Positions 40,294 through 50,089 of a stretch of 64,000 bases of DNA are shown in pieces. Each line of letters begins with the position of its first letter. Within the stretch, counting starts at the first letter, position 1. Origin of the DNA: Chloroflexota bacterium (GTDB lineage: Bacteria > Chloroflexota > UBA11872 > VXOZ01); assembly GCA_965221905.1 (NCBI GenBank), contig OZ244922.1, positions 640,001 through 704,000 of the forward strand, in the 5' to 3' direction. The translations under genes and the position numbers were made by a program. The notes under the pieces are model-generated. The model had not been told where the DNA came from. It searched no databases and saw nothing but the letters and a program-made list of their open reading frames with translations.

Positions 40294-41616
40294 TCAGCAT
40301 TTTTCTTGGCCCAAGACCTTCATAAGCTCCCGCAACAACTGGTTGAACTGTCTCTTCAGCTCCTCCAAGTCTCGTCCCCTATGGTCCCAGCGAACATTCG
40401 CCGTGTTTATTGAGAAAGTCCACTGAGAGTCTTGGGCGTCGGCGCTACTCACAATTCGCATGACCGCTCCCTCATTCTGATTGCCCTGGAATCTCGAAAA
40501 ATAGACTAGTAACTCTGCGGAAATAGAGTGCAACTCATCTAGTTTGGTTTCGAAATCTAAGAGAGGCTGTAAGTTTTCTGAGCTGCTGCATACTTGAACT
40601 ATCTTATTCTCTCTGGTGTTTGCGTTGACACTTATCATCGTATTCACTTCACCAAAGACATCCAATAGACGATCGTTCTTGTCCATACAGTACTTGAAGA
40701 ACGGATGCAAGACGGACTCGACATACTCCTTTGCAAGAAATTCCCGATCCCTCGTGCTCATAAGAGATTGCTTGAAGAGTGCGATCTCTTTGTCGATGTC
40801 ATTGATGTCGTCGGTCAGTTCGCCACGGGCGGCCTTTAGATGAAGTTTGAGGGCATACTCACAACACTGCGCAATGTAGTTTATGAACTCAGTTAGGTCC
40901 TCAGTCTTGTCAGCCCCCTCGAGTCTGTTCAGGTACTCGTTTCGGTCGTCTTGCCGGATCAATGCCACTGTGAATCCGTGCTTGATGAGGATCATGTTCA
41001 TCAATAGGCGGGCCATGCGCCCGTTGCCATCATCGAAAGGGTGGATACGCACGAAGCTGTAGTGGAAGGTGGCGGCGATGATTATCGGGTGTTCGCCTTC
41101 ACGCTCCTTGGTTCTATACCAGGCAAGGAGGTCGGACATCGCTGGCTTTACTTGCTCAGGGGGTGTGAAGTAGTAGATCTCTCCGGTCGATGTCACGACG
41201 TTATTGGGTGTGGACTTATAGTCACCAAGTGATATCCTGCGCCTCACTCGTTTTCCGTCCGGGGTCATAGCCTCGGTTTCATAAGGTTCCTTCAGCAACA
41301 CGCTGTGGAGATTGCGGATGAAGACCCCGTTCAGCTCTAGGTCGTCTCTCACCGCAGCCTCAATCGCCTTTACCGCGTTGTCATGTCCTTCTATGTCTAA
41401 GTGGTCCCGCAATGGCTTCCCGTGAGCGGTAAGTCCGTGCAGGATGAGGCTACGGGTCTCTCCGAGCGTCAGTGAGTTGCCTTCGATGGCGTTGGAGTTA
41501 AAGTTCGCCTCGAGCCGCAGCTTCTGTTCAACCTGAGCAAGGACAGTTGGCGGCAGCGGACGCAGACTGTCCAGCTCTTCCTTCAGCTTCGTGATAGTCT
41601 CAAGGATGTTGGCCAT
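40294..41616 (-). CDS. Fic family protein with an N-terminal autoinhibitory motif and a C-terminal extension
   Basis: Canonical Fic motif HPFDDGNGRMAR and inhibitory motif SNAIEGN. Confidence 0.93.
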   Translation of the reverse strand: MANILETITKLKEELDSLRPLPPTVLAQVEQKLRLEANFNSNAIEGNSLTLGETRSLILHGLTAHGKPLRDHLDIEGHDNAVKAIEAAVRDDLELNGVFIRNLHSVLLKEPYETEAMTPDGKRVRRRISLGDYKSTPNNVVTSTGEIYYFTPPEQVKPAMSDLLAWYRTKEREGEHPIIIAATFHYSFVRIHPFDDGNGRMARLLMNMILIKHGFTVALIRQDDRNEYLNRLEGADKTEDLTEFINYIAQCCEYALKLHLKAARGELTDDINDIDKEIALFKQSLMSTRDREFLAKEYVESVLHPFFKYCMDKNDRLLDVFGEVNTMISVNANTRENKIVQVCSSSENLQPLLDFETKLDELHSISAELLVYFSRFQGNQNEGAVMRIVSSADAQDSQWTFSINTANVRWDHRGRDLEELKRQFNQLLRELMKVLGQEKC

Positions 41617-41926
41617 TTGACGTTCGATTCCCTCTTCCAAGGGTCGCGCCTGAAACTCGTGATTGCGAGCTTCTTGGAGCAGGTGTGACAACGGACTTTC
41701 AAGAAACTCTCAGTGCCTCCCAAGCCCTTGGATTCCATATCATTATAAGGCTTGATGAAGATGGTTCGCCCATTGAGACAAAGTACGGCGGCTGCCAGGG
41801 GCGGGGAGAGTTTGGGTTAAACCCTGTTGTGTTTCGCCGAATCAAGGGGCCAATTGAAGCCTTATTGACCCTAAGGATGGGTGATTAAGTACTACAATCT
41901 CTTCTTCTAACTTGCCCGTGCCAAAA

Positions 41927-42294
41927 GACAGCGGGCGCAGGTTGCAAACCTACGCTACCGGAGACAAGACACATGAATCGGCTAACTCTCAAGTGATGAT
42001 CGGTCGCGGAGGCGTAACGGCCCTTGGCGACAGTAGTGGGTCGGCGTCAAAAGTTTTGGATCGATATTGCTTTCGGCATGAGCAGGCTAAAAGACAGCGG
42101 GCGCAGGTTGCAAACCTGCGCTACCGGAGCCAAGAGACGCGAACCGGCTAACTGTAAGGTAATGACTAGTCCCGGTGGCCAAACGGCCCTCGGCGGCAGT
42201 TTTGTCTCGTTGTCACGAGTGTTAGATCGGTACCGGTTCCGGCATGCGCCGCCAGACGACAGCGGGCGCAGGTTGCAAACCTGCGCTACCGGAG
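41927..42294. repeat. Tandem array of three 37-bp GTAG-type REP cores (family C) at 166/165-bp spacing
   Basis: GACAGCGGGCGCAGGTTGCAAACCT(A/G)CGCTACCGGAG starts at 41927, 42093 and 42258; the two linkers are diverged homologues of each other. Confidence 0.88.
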
Positions 42295-42373
42295 TGGAAC
42301 CGATTCAAGCCGCTGTCTTTGCGCCGGCACCGTATTTGAGGTGGTGGCAGAGCGCAGTTAAATTGCCAGACGA

Positions 42374-43423
42374 TCAGCCCCCCTTGGCGCCGGTGATGTC
42401 GCGGCGTTGGAAGAGCCAGAACGTCAATGCGCCGAAGACGAGTGTGTAGGCGGCAAGCACAAGAACGGCGGGGAGCAATTCGGGCTGAGCCGCTTCGCTG
42501 CTGCCGTTGATCGAAATGGAGACCTCACCGTAGCTCGCTTGGAGCACGGTCGTGACGTTGGGGCTCAGCAAGTATTCGGAGATGCGCTGGAACCAGTCGA
42601 AGTTGTTGAGGATAGGAGAGGCCGTGGTCTCGATCAAGTAGTAGACCACGAAGGCGGTGATGCCCAGAGCCGTCGACGAGGTCAACGCCGTGGCGAGCAG
42701 CGCCAGCATCACATAGGGAAGAAAGCTAAGCAGCAGCGTTCCCATCTTGATTGGGACGTTGAGCCATTCTGCCGAGCCTTGCAGAGAGTCACCTTCCAGG
42801 CCGAACAGTCCTATGATGAGGCTGCTTAGCGCGACCGTAGCTGCGGCAACGACCAAGCCGGCCAGCGCTGTCACCATAAGCGCCAAAACCTTTGCCAGCA
42901 TGAACTGCCACCGACCCGTGCCCTTCGTCAGCACCGTCCGCAGCGTGCCCCAGCCGTACTCGCCCCCCAGCGCTGCCGCGGCCAGGATGCTGACGAGAAA
43001 GAACAGTGTGCCCTGCAACATCGTAAATGCCAAGAGGATGCTATTCGGCAGTAAGACCGCGTGGCGGGTAAAGTCGCGTACTTCCTCATAGCCTTCGCAT
43101 GATTTCCGGAACTCCTCGACACTCGCGAGGGCGCTATCGCGATGCCCGTCAGCGAGCTCTTCGATTCCCGGCGGAATGCGGTCTCCACGCACGTCCTTGC
43201 ACTTCCATTCCGCTTCGAAGACTGCTTCCTTGTTTTCGCCTTCGGTATCGCTCAATTGGATGCCATGTGTAGGCGAGAAGGGTTCGCTGCGATGCACCAC
43301 ATAGGCGCCCCATACTGCCGCCTGCATCAGGACTACAACTATTGCCAAGAGTACCCACGGCAACCAACGGCGGCGGACTTTGTGCCATTCCCAAACGGAG
43401 AGACGGAAGATGTGGGAGATCAC
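42374..43423 (-). CDS. ABC-2 type exporter permease
   Basis: EWHKVRR, GEYGWGTLRTVL and FQRRDI motifs; about six TM helices with an extracytoplasmic loop. Confidence 0.88.
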   Translation of the reverse strand: MISHIFRLSVWEWHKVRRRWLPWVLLAIVVVLMQAAVWGAYVVHRSEPFSPTHGIQLSDTEGENKEAVFEAEWKCKDVRGDRIPPGIEELADGHRDSALASVEEFRKSCEGYEEVRDFTRHAVLLPNSILLAFTMLQGTLFFLVSILAAAALGGEYGWGTLRTVLTKGTGRWQFMLAKVLALMVTALAGLVVAAATVALSSLIIGLFGLEGDSLQGSAEWLNVPIKMGTLLLSFLPYVMLALLATALTSSTALGITAFVVYYLIETTASPILNNFDWFQRISEYLLSPNVTTVLQASYGEVSISINGSSEAAQPELLPAVLVLAAYTLVFGALTFWLFQRRDITGAKGG

Positions 43424-44337
43424 TAGTCTTCTCCTTCCTCTGCGGTTATTTCAAGGAAGTAGCTCTCCAGGGATTCCTTGCCTGAGGTCATTTCTGTGAC
43501 ATAGATTTCGTCTTTACTGAGAGCGGCGCTCAACTCCGATGCGCGCTCAGGCGGCGCGGTGACAACCACAAACCCGTCTTCAATTCTCGCGTCCTCGACC
43601 CAATCCAATGCCGTGAGGACTTTGAGCGCTTGGTCGTTGTCGGTGGTGCGTAGGCGGATCTGCCCGCGCCCTTTGAGAAGATCAGCCACCGAACCCTGCG
43701 CGATTAGCTTTCCTTTGGAGAGAATCACCACGCTATCGCACACTTGTTCGACCTCATTGAGCAGGTGACTGGAAAGGAAGACTGTCCGGTCTTCCGTGCC
43801 GAGGCTGCGAATCAAGTCGCGAATCTCGGCCATGCCGGCGGGGTCCATGCCGTTGGTCGGTTCGTCCAGAAAGAGCAACTCAGGATCGCCTAGCAACGCA
43901 TAGGCCAGCCCCAGGCGCTGCTTCATGCCAAGGGAGTAGGTGTGAAAGCGGTCGTTACCCCGGTCGGCCAAACCCACCTTTTCGAGCAGGTCGTCGAGTT
44001 CCTGCGGTGTGCCTCGTCCCAATATGCCCTGGAAATAGGCGAGATTTCGGCGTCCGGAGAGGTACGGATAGAATGTCGGGGTCTCAACGATAGCGCCCAC
44101 GCGGCGCAGAGCCTCTTGATGGCGGGTGTGCGCGCCGAACAGGCGAAAACTTCCGGCGGTCGGCCGCGTGAGACCCAGCAGCATGCCCATGGTCGTGGTC
44201 TTGCCGGAACCGTTGGGACCCAGCAGACCGAAGACGTGCCCGCGCGGCACCGTCAACGAAAGATTATCCACGGCAACGATCTTGCCGAACCTCTTGGTCA
44301 GCCCTTCCGTTTGGATTACCGGACTAGCGTCCATCAT
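43423..44337 (-). CDS. ABC-2 type exporter ATPase (BcrA-like)
   Basis: GPNGSGKTT, YSLGMKQRL, LDEPTNGMDP and SSHLL motifs; GAGGAGG RBS. Confidence 0.93.
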   Translation of the reverse strand: MMDASPVIQTEGLTKRFGKIVAVDNLSLTVPRGHVFGLLGPNGSGKTTTMGMLLGLTRPTAGSFRLFGAHTRHQEALRRVGAIVETPTFYPYLSGRRNLAYFQGILGRGTPQELDDLLEKVGLADRGNDRFHTYSLGMKQRLGLAYALLGDPELLFLDEPTNGMDPAGMAEIRDLIRSLGTEDRTVFLSSHLLNEVEQVCDSVVILSKGKLIAQGSVADLLKGRGQIRLRTTDNDQALKVLTALDWVEDARIEDGFVVVTAPPERASELSAALSKDEIYVTEMTSGKESLESYFLEITAEEGED

Positions 44338-44791
44338 GCGCACCCTCCTCAAGTCCTAACGTGGAAGTGATTGCGCGCTTGGCGGCGTATACAACCTGAA
44401 CGCCCGGATACCTTCACGTTTGCCTCCTAACCTCTTGTTTAGAATTCCGACCCTCTCGACCAGTATAGAGTATGGTTTCACAACATGCAACTAAAATATT
44501 AGTAATATATGACTATATTCGGTAAAATATGGCGATTAATGTATTGTAGTGTTTCGTAAAGTTGAACATAAGACTTTACGTGTGCGCACTTCAATGAAAA
44601 CGCAAGCCGGGGGAAAGTGCACGTGAGTGCCCCTGGCTCGGTGACGTCATGCATCCGAGCACAGTCGCGGACACGCGGTGGCGGGTAGTAGGGGGATCCA
44701 TTAGGCGTTTGCATTGCGCCATACGAGGGAGCTTTCAGCTAACCAGCGGCGCCCAGAACCCGATCCAAGAATAGGCAGTGGTGAATGGCCG

Positions 44792-46363
44792 CTAACCCCG
44801 CTGCAGCGCTCGTCCCGGCCGCGCGCCGGTGGGGGCACTGTCTGTAATGATGGGCGTGCCGTTCACGAGCACGTGCTCGATGCCCACGGGGAACTGGCGG
44901 GGGTCATCGAAGGTAGAACGGTCGATGACGGTAGCCGGATCAAAGACCACGATGTCAGCGGCCATGCCGTTGCGGATGATGCCGCGGTCGTGCAAGCCGA
45001 AGCGCTGCGCCGGAAAGCCGGTGAAACGCCGAATCGCGTCTTCGAGTGTAAAGAGACCGAGCTCGCGGGTGTAGTGGCCGAGGTAGCGCGGATAGGTGCC
45101 GTAGGCGCGCGGGTGCGGTGAGCTTCCCATCATGATGGCATCGGTGGAACCCATGTGCGCAGGGTGTTTGATCACCGCCTGCACGTCAGCCTCATTGCCG
45201 AAGTGGAACGTGAAGCCGATATCCAGCGCGGTCTCATCGAGGAGTCTGAGCAGGAGCACGTCAGGCGCTTCGCCGCACTCGTCGGCGACGTCCGCCAAGC
45301 GGCGGCCCTCCCACTGCCTGTACTGCTCCAGCCCGATATGGGTGATCTGCATGCGGGCATAGAAATCTCGTTCCCGGCCCTGGATTTCGTCGAGGACTTG
45401 CGCCATTACGTTGGGTGAGCGCACGCGCGCCAGCATGGCTTTTGGACCATCAGCGCCCATCCAGAGCGGCAGCACGAACATGCCGGTGGTCGAGCCCGCG
45501 GGATAGCAGTACGCGTCGTAGGTAACGTCCAATCCCTCGGCGCGGGCTGAATCCACCAGCGCCAGCCGTTGGCTGCTCAGCCCCCAGGTGTGGATGCCGG
45601 AAATCAGGTAGTGGGCGATGTGTACCGGAATATCGGCCTGGCGTGCCACGTCCAGCGTCTCGTGCACCGGATCGAGAAACTGGTCCCCGAGATGGTAGCG
45701 CATGTGGGTGTTGTAGACCCCGCCGTATGCCGCTACGGCTTTGCTGATGGCGACGAGTTCCTCCAGCGTGCTAAAGACGTGCGGGTGGTACGAGAGGCCC
45801 GTAGCAAAACCCACGCAACCCTGTTCCATCGCCTCTGCAGCCAGACGCGCCATTTGCCTGAGGTCATCCTCCGTGGCGGCGCGATTTTCCCAGCCGATGA
45901 CCGCAAGCCGCAGCGCATTGTGCGGTACCTGGTAGGCGACGTTTACGGCTACTTTCCGGTCGAAGCGGTCCATGTATTCGGGAATGGTCTGCCAAGGCTC
46001 CACGTCCCGCGGCAGACCGCCGTTGATGGCGCGGTAAAGTTGCGTGGTCTCGCGCAAGTGTTTTGGCGACATCGGCGCGTAGCCAAGACCGTCGGAGCCG
46101 AGGATCTCGGTGGTAATGCCCTGCGCGACTTTGGGGGTATGGTCCGGTTCGCGCAGCAGAATCAGGTCGGAGTGATTGTGGACGTCAATGAAGCCGGGAC
46201 AAATCACTTTGCCTTTGGCATCAATCACGGCCTCTGCGTTGCTGGAATCCAAGCGTCCGACGGCGGCTATGCGCCCCTGGCTAATGCCCACGTCAGCGGC
46301 AAACCACGGGTTGCCGAGCCCGTCGATCACATGGCCGTTGCGAATTAGGAGGTCAAATGTCAT
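44792..46363 (-). CDS. N-acyl-D-amino acid deacylase family amidohydrolase
   Basis: PGFIDVHNHSD, HPRAYGTYPRYLG and ADIVVFDP motifs. Confidence 0.92.
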   Translation of the reverse strand: MTFDLLIRNGHVIDGLGNPWFAADVGISQGRIAAVGRLDSSNAEAVIDAKGKVICPGFIDVHNHSDLILLREPDHTPKVAQGITTEILGSDGLGYAPMSPKHLRETTQLYRAINGGLPRDVEPWQTIPEYMDRFDRKVAVNVAYQVPHNALRLAVIGWENRAATEDDLRQMARLAAEAMEQGCVGFATGLSYHPHVFSTLEELVAISKAVAAYGGVYNTHMRYHLGDQFLDPVHETLDVARQADIPVHIAHYLISGIHTWGLSSQRLALVDSARAEGLDVTYDAYCYPAGSTTGMFVLPLWMGADGPKAMLARVRSPNVMAQVLDEIQGRERDFYARMQITHIGLEQYRQWEGRRLADVADECGEAPDVLLLRLLDETALDIGFTFHFGNEADVQAVIKHPAHMGSTDAIMMGSSPHPRAYGTYPRYLGHYTRELGLFTLEDAIRRFTGFPAQRFGLHDRGIIRNGMAADIVVFDPATVIDRSTFDDPRQFPVGIEHVLVNGTPIITDSAPTGARPGRALQRG

Positions 46364-46440
46364 GGTAAACGCCTAGCGGCTGATAGTTTGACTATTGCTG
46401 CACTTCGCGGCGAAGGCGACCCACGAAAAGAGCGACCGGA

Positions 46441-46788
46441 CTACGCACGAGAGAGTAATTCCTTTGCTTCTAGCTCAGTTTCGTGCAGACCCTCGAGGAA
46501 GACCGCGTCCCGCATGACCAATTCGCGCGCGAAGGGCTTGATGCTACTCTCCGTGATCACGTCTACTTTCCGCTGAAAGTGAACGTTCAGGAAGTCTTGG
46601 AGTCCGAAGAAATTCTTGAGCGTGATTTTTCCACGCGGAATGTCCACAACGAAGTCAATGTCGCTGTCGGCACGTGCAGTGTTGCGGGCAACCGAGCCGA
46701 AAACCGCGATCCGGCGAACGCCAAACGACCGCAGCGTCGCACGTACTTTGAAGAGCTCTTCCAATACGTATTCTCGCGTGGGAATCAT
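46441..46788 (-). CDS. MNT antitoxin (MntA-like)
   Basis: VFGSVAR...DSDIDFVV and RKVDV motifs; ATGA overlap with the DUF86 gene. Confidence 0.88.
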   Translation of the reverse strand: MIPTREYVLEELFKVRATLRSFGVRRIAVFGSVARNTARADSDIDFVVDIPRGKITLKNFFGLQDFLNVHFQRKVDVITESSIKPFARELVMRDAVFLEGLHETELEAKELLSRA

Positions 46789-47132
46789 GGCGCGCTTCCC
46801 AGTATGTCCTCTAGTTGCTTCAAGAGACGCGGGGCATGCTCCCCTGCTGCCCGCCAGACGATTTCGTCTTCGGTAGTCATATACCCGTGAACTATGTGGT
46901 TGCGAATGCCAGTTACCTGGCGCCACGGCACATCCGGATGCTGTACTTTGAATTTGTTGGAAACATGTGTCGCCGCTTCGCCGACAATTTCTAGCGACCG
47001 TTCTGTAGCGAAGCGCAGCGGAAAATTGTCCGCAGCGGTGTATTGCTCCAAGGAAATGCCGGTAACCAGGGTCACGGCCTTCTGCGCGGCGTCCGCCATG
47101 TGGAGCAAGCGCGTTCTATCCTCCTCCGTCAT
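46785..47132 (-). CDS. DUF86/HepT-like HEPN ribonuclease toxin
   Basis: LEIVGEAA, PDVPW and the RX4HXY motif RNHIVHGY. Confidence 0.9.
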   Translation of the reverse strand: MTEEDRTRLLHMADAAQKAVTLVTGISLEQYTAADNFPLRFATERSLEIVGEAATHVSNKFKVQHPDVPWRQVTGIRNHIVHGYMTTEDEIVWRAAGEHAPRLLKQLEDILGSAP

Positions 47133-47236
47133 AACGTATATCCGGCCTAACCCTGTGACTTTCTGAGAACTGCGCTCACCTTCTTTAACAAGCATACCAT
47201 TCAGTAGCTGCGGCGCACCGTCATTGCCGAAAAGTG

Positions 47237-48214
47237 CTACGGCAAGTATCGCTTCGGAAACTTGGCGACTACGGTATAGTTCGGATCGACCACGTTGCCA
47301 ACGCGGGTGCGCCCCACCTGGGAGACAACTTGGAATGCTTCCCAGAGATCGAAGCCGTAGTCGCTGGCGAGCCAGCGGATAAGTTCCACGTGAGCGATGC
47401 GGTAGGCATCCATGAGGGGACGGGCGTTGCCCGCGGCCATAATCCACTCGTCATCCTCGAAGCGCGGCCAGCCGATTGGCTCGCCACCCTTGCAAACTTC
47501 GACCTCCACTTCCACTTCCGCAGTTGTTTCCAGCGCGACACCGCATAGCTCGCCATCGCCCTGGGCAGCGTGCACGTCGGCGAATTGGAGATAGGCGCCC
47601 TTAACAAACACCGGCAGGTAGACCGTCGTACCGGGCTGAGTCTCTACGCAGTCCATATTGCCGCCGTGGTTGGCGGATGAAAGTGTGCTGATGTGTTCGC
47701 CGAAGCGTGGAGCCACGCCGATGCAGCCGAGGAAAGGTTGACAAGGAATGGTGATGCTGCCGAGTTTGCTTTCGGGCAGTTCCAGCGTTGCCGTGTGACT
47801 TGCGTGGTCGAGTTCCCAGTGATAGTACTTCTGCGGCAGCGGTTCATTGAGACCGGTCGGCCCGCCGGGGTAGTCCTCCACGCCCAAGTTGCCAAAACCG
47901 GGATTGAAGCGCGAAAAGGCCCAACTGCGGTTCAGGTCTACGCGCCGGATGTGGACGCACAAGATGTCGCCGACTTCGGCCTCTTCCACGTAGTAAGGGC
48001 CGACCTGCGGGTTGGATTGGCGAAACTCGGTATCGGCACGGGCCTGACGCAATTCCTGCGGCAACTGCTCGCCGTTGCTGTCCCAATGGCCGGCGTCAAC
48101 TGTCTGCACTATCACCCGATCGCCCGAATGTATACGCAGCGCCGGTTCGTGCGGGGCGAACGTATAGTAATAGATGCTCGGTTCGTGTCGGTGTACGGTA
48201 GCCATGAAACGCAC
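47237..48214 (-). CDS. Acetamidase/formamidase family protein
   Basis: NPQVGPYYVEEAEVGD, HGGNMD and DVHAAQGDGELCGVALE motifs. Confidence 0.92.
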   Translation of the reverse strand: MRFMATVHRHEPSIYYYTFAPHEPALRIHSGDRVIVQTVDAGHWDSNGEQLPQELRQARADTEFRQSNPQVGPYYVEEAEVGDILCVHIRRVDLNRSWAFSRFNPGFGNLGVEDYPGGPTGLNEPLPQKYYHWELDHASHTATLELPESKLGSITIPCQPFLGCIGVAPRFGEHISTLSSANHGGNMDCVETQPGTTVYLPVFVKGAYLQFADVHAAQGDGELCGVALETTAEVEVEVEVCKGGEPIGWPRFEDDEWIMAAGNARPLMDAYRIAHVELIRWLASDYGFDLWEAFQVVSQVGRTRVGNVVDPNYTVVAKFPKRYLP

Positions 48215-48233
48215 CTTTCTCTGAAAATACAGG

Positions 48234-49928
48234 TCAGCCGCCCATGTGACGATACTCGTCTACGTCAATCTCAACCGCTACGAGCGCCGGTTGATTTAAC
48301 GCCAAGGCTTCCTGGAGCTTAGGCGCGCATTCGTCTTTACGCTGAATGTGTACGGCTGGCAGGTCGAATGCGGCTGCGAGCTTCAGGTAGTCAGTGTGCC
48401 CGAAGTCGTTCTCCCGTCCTTCATATCCACGCTCCTCCGATTTCATGCGGATTAGGGCCAGTGTGGAATCAACCAAGACAATTATCAGGAATGGCGCATC
48501 GCTCTGCGGCGCAAGACGCTTGACAGTTTCCAATTCACCGGCGTACATCAGCAGGCCGCCGTCACCGGTTACGCAGACCACAGGACGATCCGGATAGCAG
48601 AGCTTGGCAGCGAGGGCCGCCGGCACGCCGAAGCCCATGGTCGAAAGGCCGTTAGAGACCAGAAACGTTTGCGGTTGCGTGCTCTGCCACCATTGGCATG
48701 CAAGCAGCTTGTGCGACCCCACGTCGCAAGCAAAAACCGTCTCCGGCACTGTGAGCTCACGGAGCGCGGAAAGCAGAACTTGCGGGGCAACGGTTGACTT
48801 CGTCGAAGACGCCGACTTCGTCGAAGACGCCGACTTCGTCAAAGTCGCAGTGTCGCTGCCCGTGTGCTTGGGCGCGAGCCCCTGCCGAATCTTCTGGCGG
48901 CAGGCCGCTGCCGCGCGCGGCCCCCACTCTCCTTGGTGGGAGAGTTCCGGGGTGAGCATACGCACCGTTGCATCCAGGTCGCCAACCAGCACATAGTCCG
49001 CGCCAAAGGCGGAATCGACTTCGGTGTGCGCATGGACCGCAATCGTGGTCGCTTCCGTCTGCCAGGGATGGATGAAATCGGAGCCGTCAAGTCCGACCGC
49101 CAGGATGCAGTCAGCCTGATTGAGAAACTCATCAACGATTGTGTAGCCGTACACACTGTGGATACCGGCAAAGAGCGGGTGATCTTCGGGAAAGACCCCC
49201 TTACTCATGGGCATGTTGATCACCGGCGCGCCCCACTGTTCCGCCAGTGCGACGATAGACTCTTGTTCTAGTTGGTGGTTGGTCTCCAGGCCCAATACGA
49301 TCACCGGCGCATCGCAGGTAGTCAAGCGCGCAAGCGCCGTGTGTGGCAGGGGCGCCGCGTTCAGTATGCCGATGGGACGGGCCGGGATATGTAGCGGCGC
49401 GGCGTCCAACGTCCGGCGCGCCACGGCTGCAGGCAGCGCGAGGTGCACCGGGCCGGGACGTCCCTGGGCCGCTACCGCCCAGGCGTAGGCAAGCGCGTCC
49501 GCCACGTTGGCAGGTGTCAGGCGTACGTTCCACTTGGTGATGGGACGCAAGAGCTCCAGCAGAGGGACATTTTGGTGGGTAGCAAATTCGACAGTGGGGT
49601 CTTCGAAGTCGGCGGTGATGACAATGACCGGGACCCGTGCGAGAAACGCATCGGAAACGGCATTGATCATGTTCGTGGCGCCGGGACCCAAGGTCGTCAG
49701 GAAGACCGCCGGAGCGCCGGTAAGGAGGGCTGTATTCTGCGCTAAGAACGCGGCGGTGTTCTCGTGATGGACGAGCTGGAAATCTATCTCCTCCGCGTAA
49801 CAGGCATTGATGAGATCCACGTTCTCGCCGCCGGTTATGCCCCAAAAGCGTTGAATGCCCTGCTGACGGAGGAATCTGGCAATATACGCGGCGACAGTTT
49901 GGCTAGGAGGCTGTGGAATCGCAGTCAT
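48234..49928 (-). CDS. Thiamine pyrophosphate-dependent enzyme (acetolactate synthase-like)
   Basis: HHENTAAF, TLGPGATN, DVGSH, TMGFGVP and GDGG motifs; probable ATG at 49928. Confidence 0.9.
   Translation of the reverse strand: MTAIPQPPSQTVAAYIARFLRQQGIQRFWGITGGENVDLINACYAEEIDFQLVHHENTAAFLAQNTALLTGAPAVFLTTLGPGATNMINAVSDAFLARVPVIVITADFEDPTVEFATHQNVPLLELLRPITKWNVRLTPANVADALAYAWAVAAQGRPGPVHLALPAAVARRTLDAAPLHIPARPIGILNAAPLPHTALARLTTCDAPVIVLGLETNHQLEQESIVALAEQWGAPVINMPMSKGVFPEDHPLFAGIHSVYGYTIVDEFLNQADCILAVGLDGSDFIHPWQTEATTIAVHAHTEVDSAFGADYVLVGDLDATVRMLTPELSHQGEWGPRAAAACRQKIRQGLAPKHTGSDTATLTKSASSTKSASSTKSTVAPQVLLSALRELTVPETVFACDVGSHKLLACQWWQSTQPQTFLVSNGLSTMGFGVPAALAAKLCYPDRPVVCVTGDGGLLMYAGELETVKRLAPQSDAPFLIIVLVDSTLALIRMKSEERGYEGRENDFGHTDYLKLAAAFDLPAVHIQRKDECAPKLQEALALNQPALVAVEIDVDEYRHMGG
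48796..48848. repeat. In-frame 18-bp tandem repeat (about 3 units) inside the TPP enzyme gene
   Basis: GACTTCGTCGAAGACGCC twice plus a degenerate copy; encodes TKSASS-TKSASS-TKST. Confidence 0.9.
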
Positions 49929-50089
49929 GAGAGCAGGCAAGATGATGTATAAATAGTGAAGGAGACCTGCATTTAGCTTGCGCGTCGCCATGTGCATTGT
50001 CAACTTGAGGCAAGGTGCAGGGCTTGAGACAAGCTGCGGGAGGCGGTAGTATAGCTCTACAGCGTTTAATGAACTAAGGAGTGCAGTCT

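Noticed and set aside
41927-42294. CRISPR array (37-bp palindromic repeats)
   Set aside because: There are only three repeats, the spacers are about 129 bp and homologous to each other, no cas genes are present, and the same core occurs alone in ybeY.
41912-42449. ORFs with a repeated DSGRRLQTCATG peptide
   Set aside because: These are translations of the DNA repeat. The 166-bp first period breaks the frame and there is no RBS.
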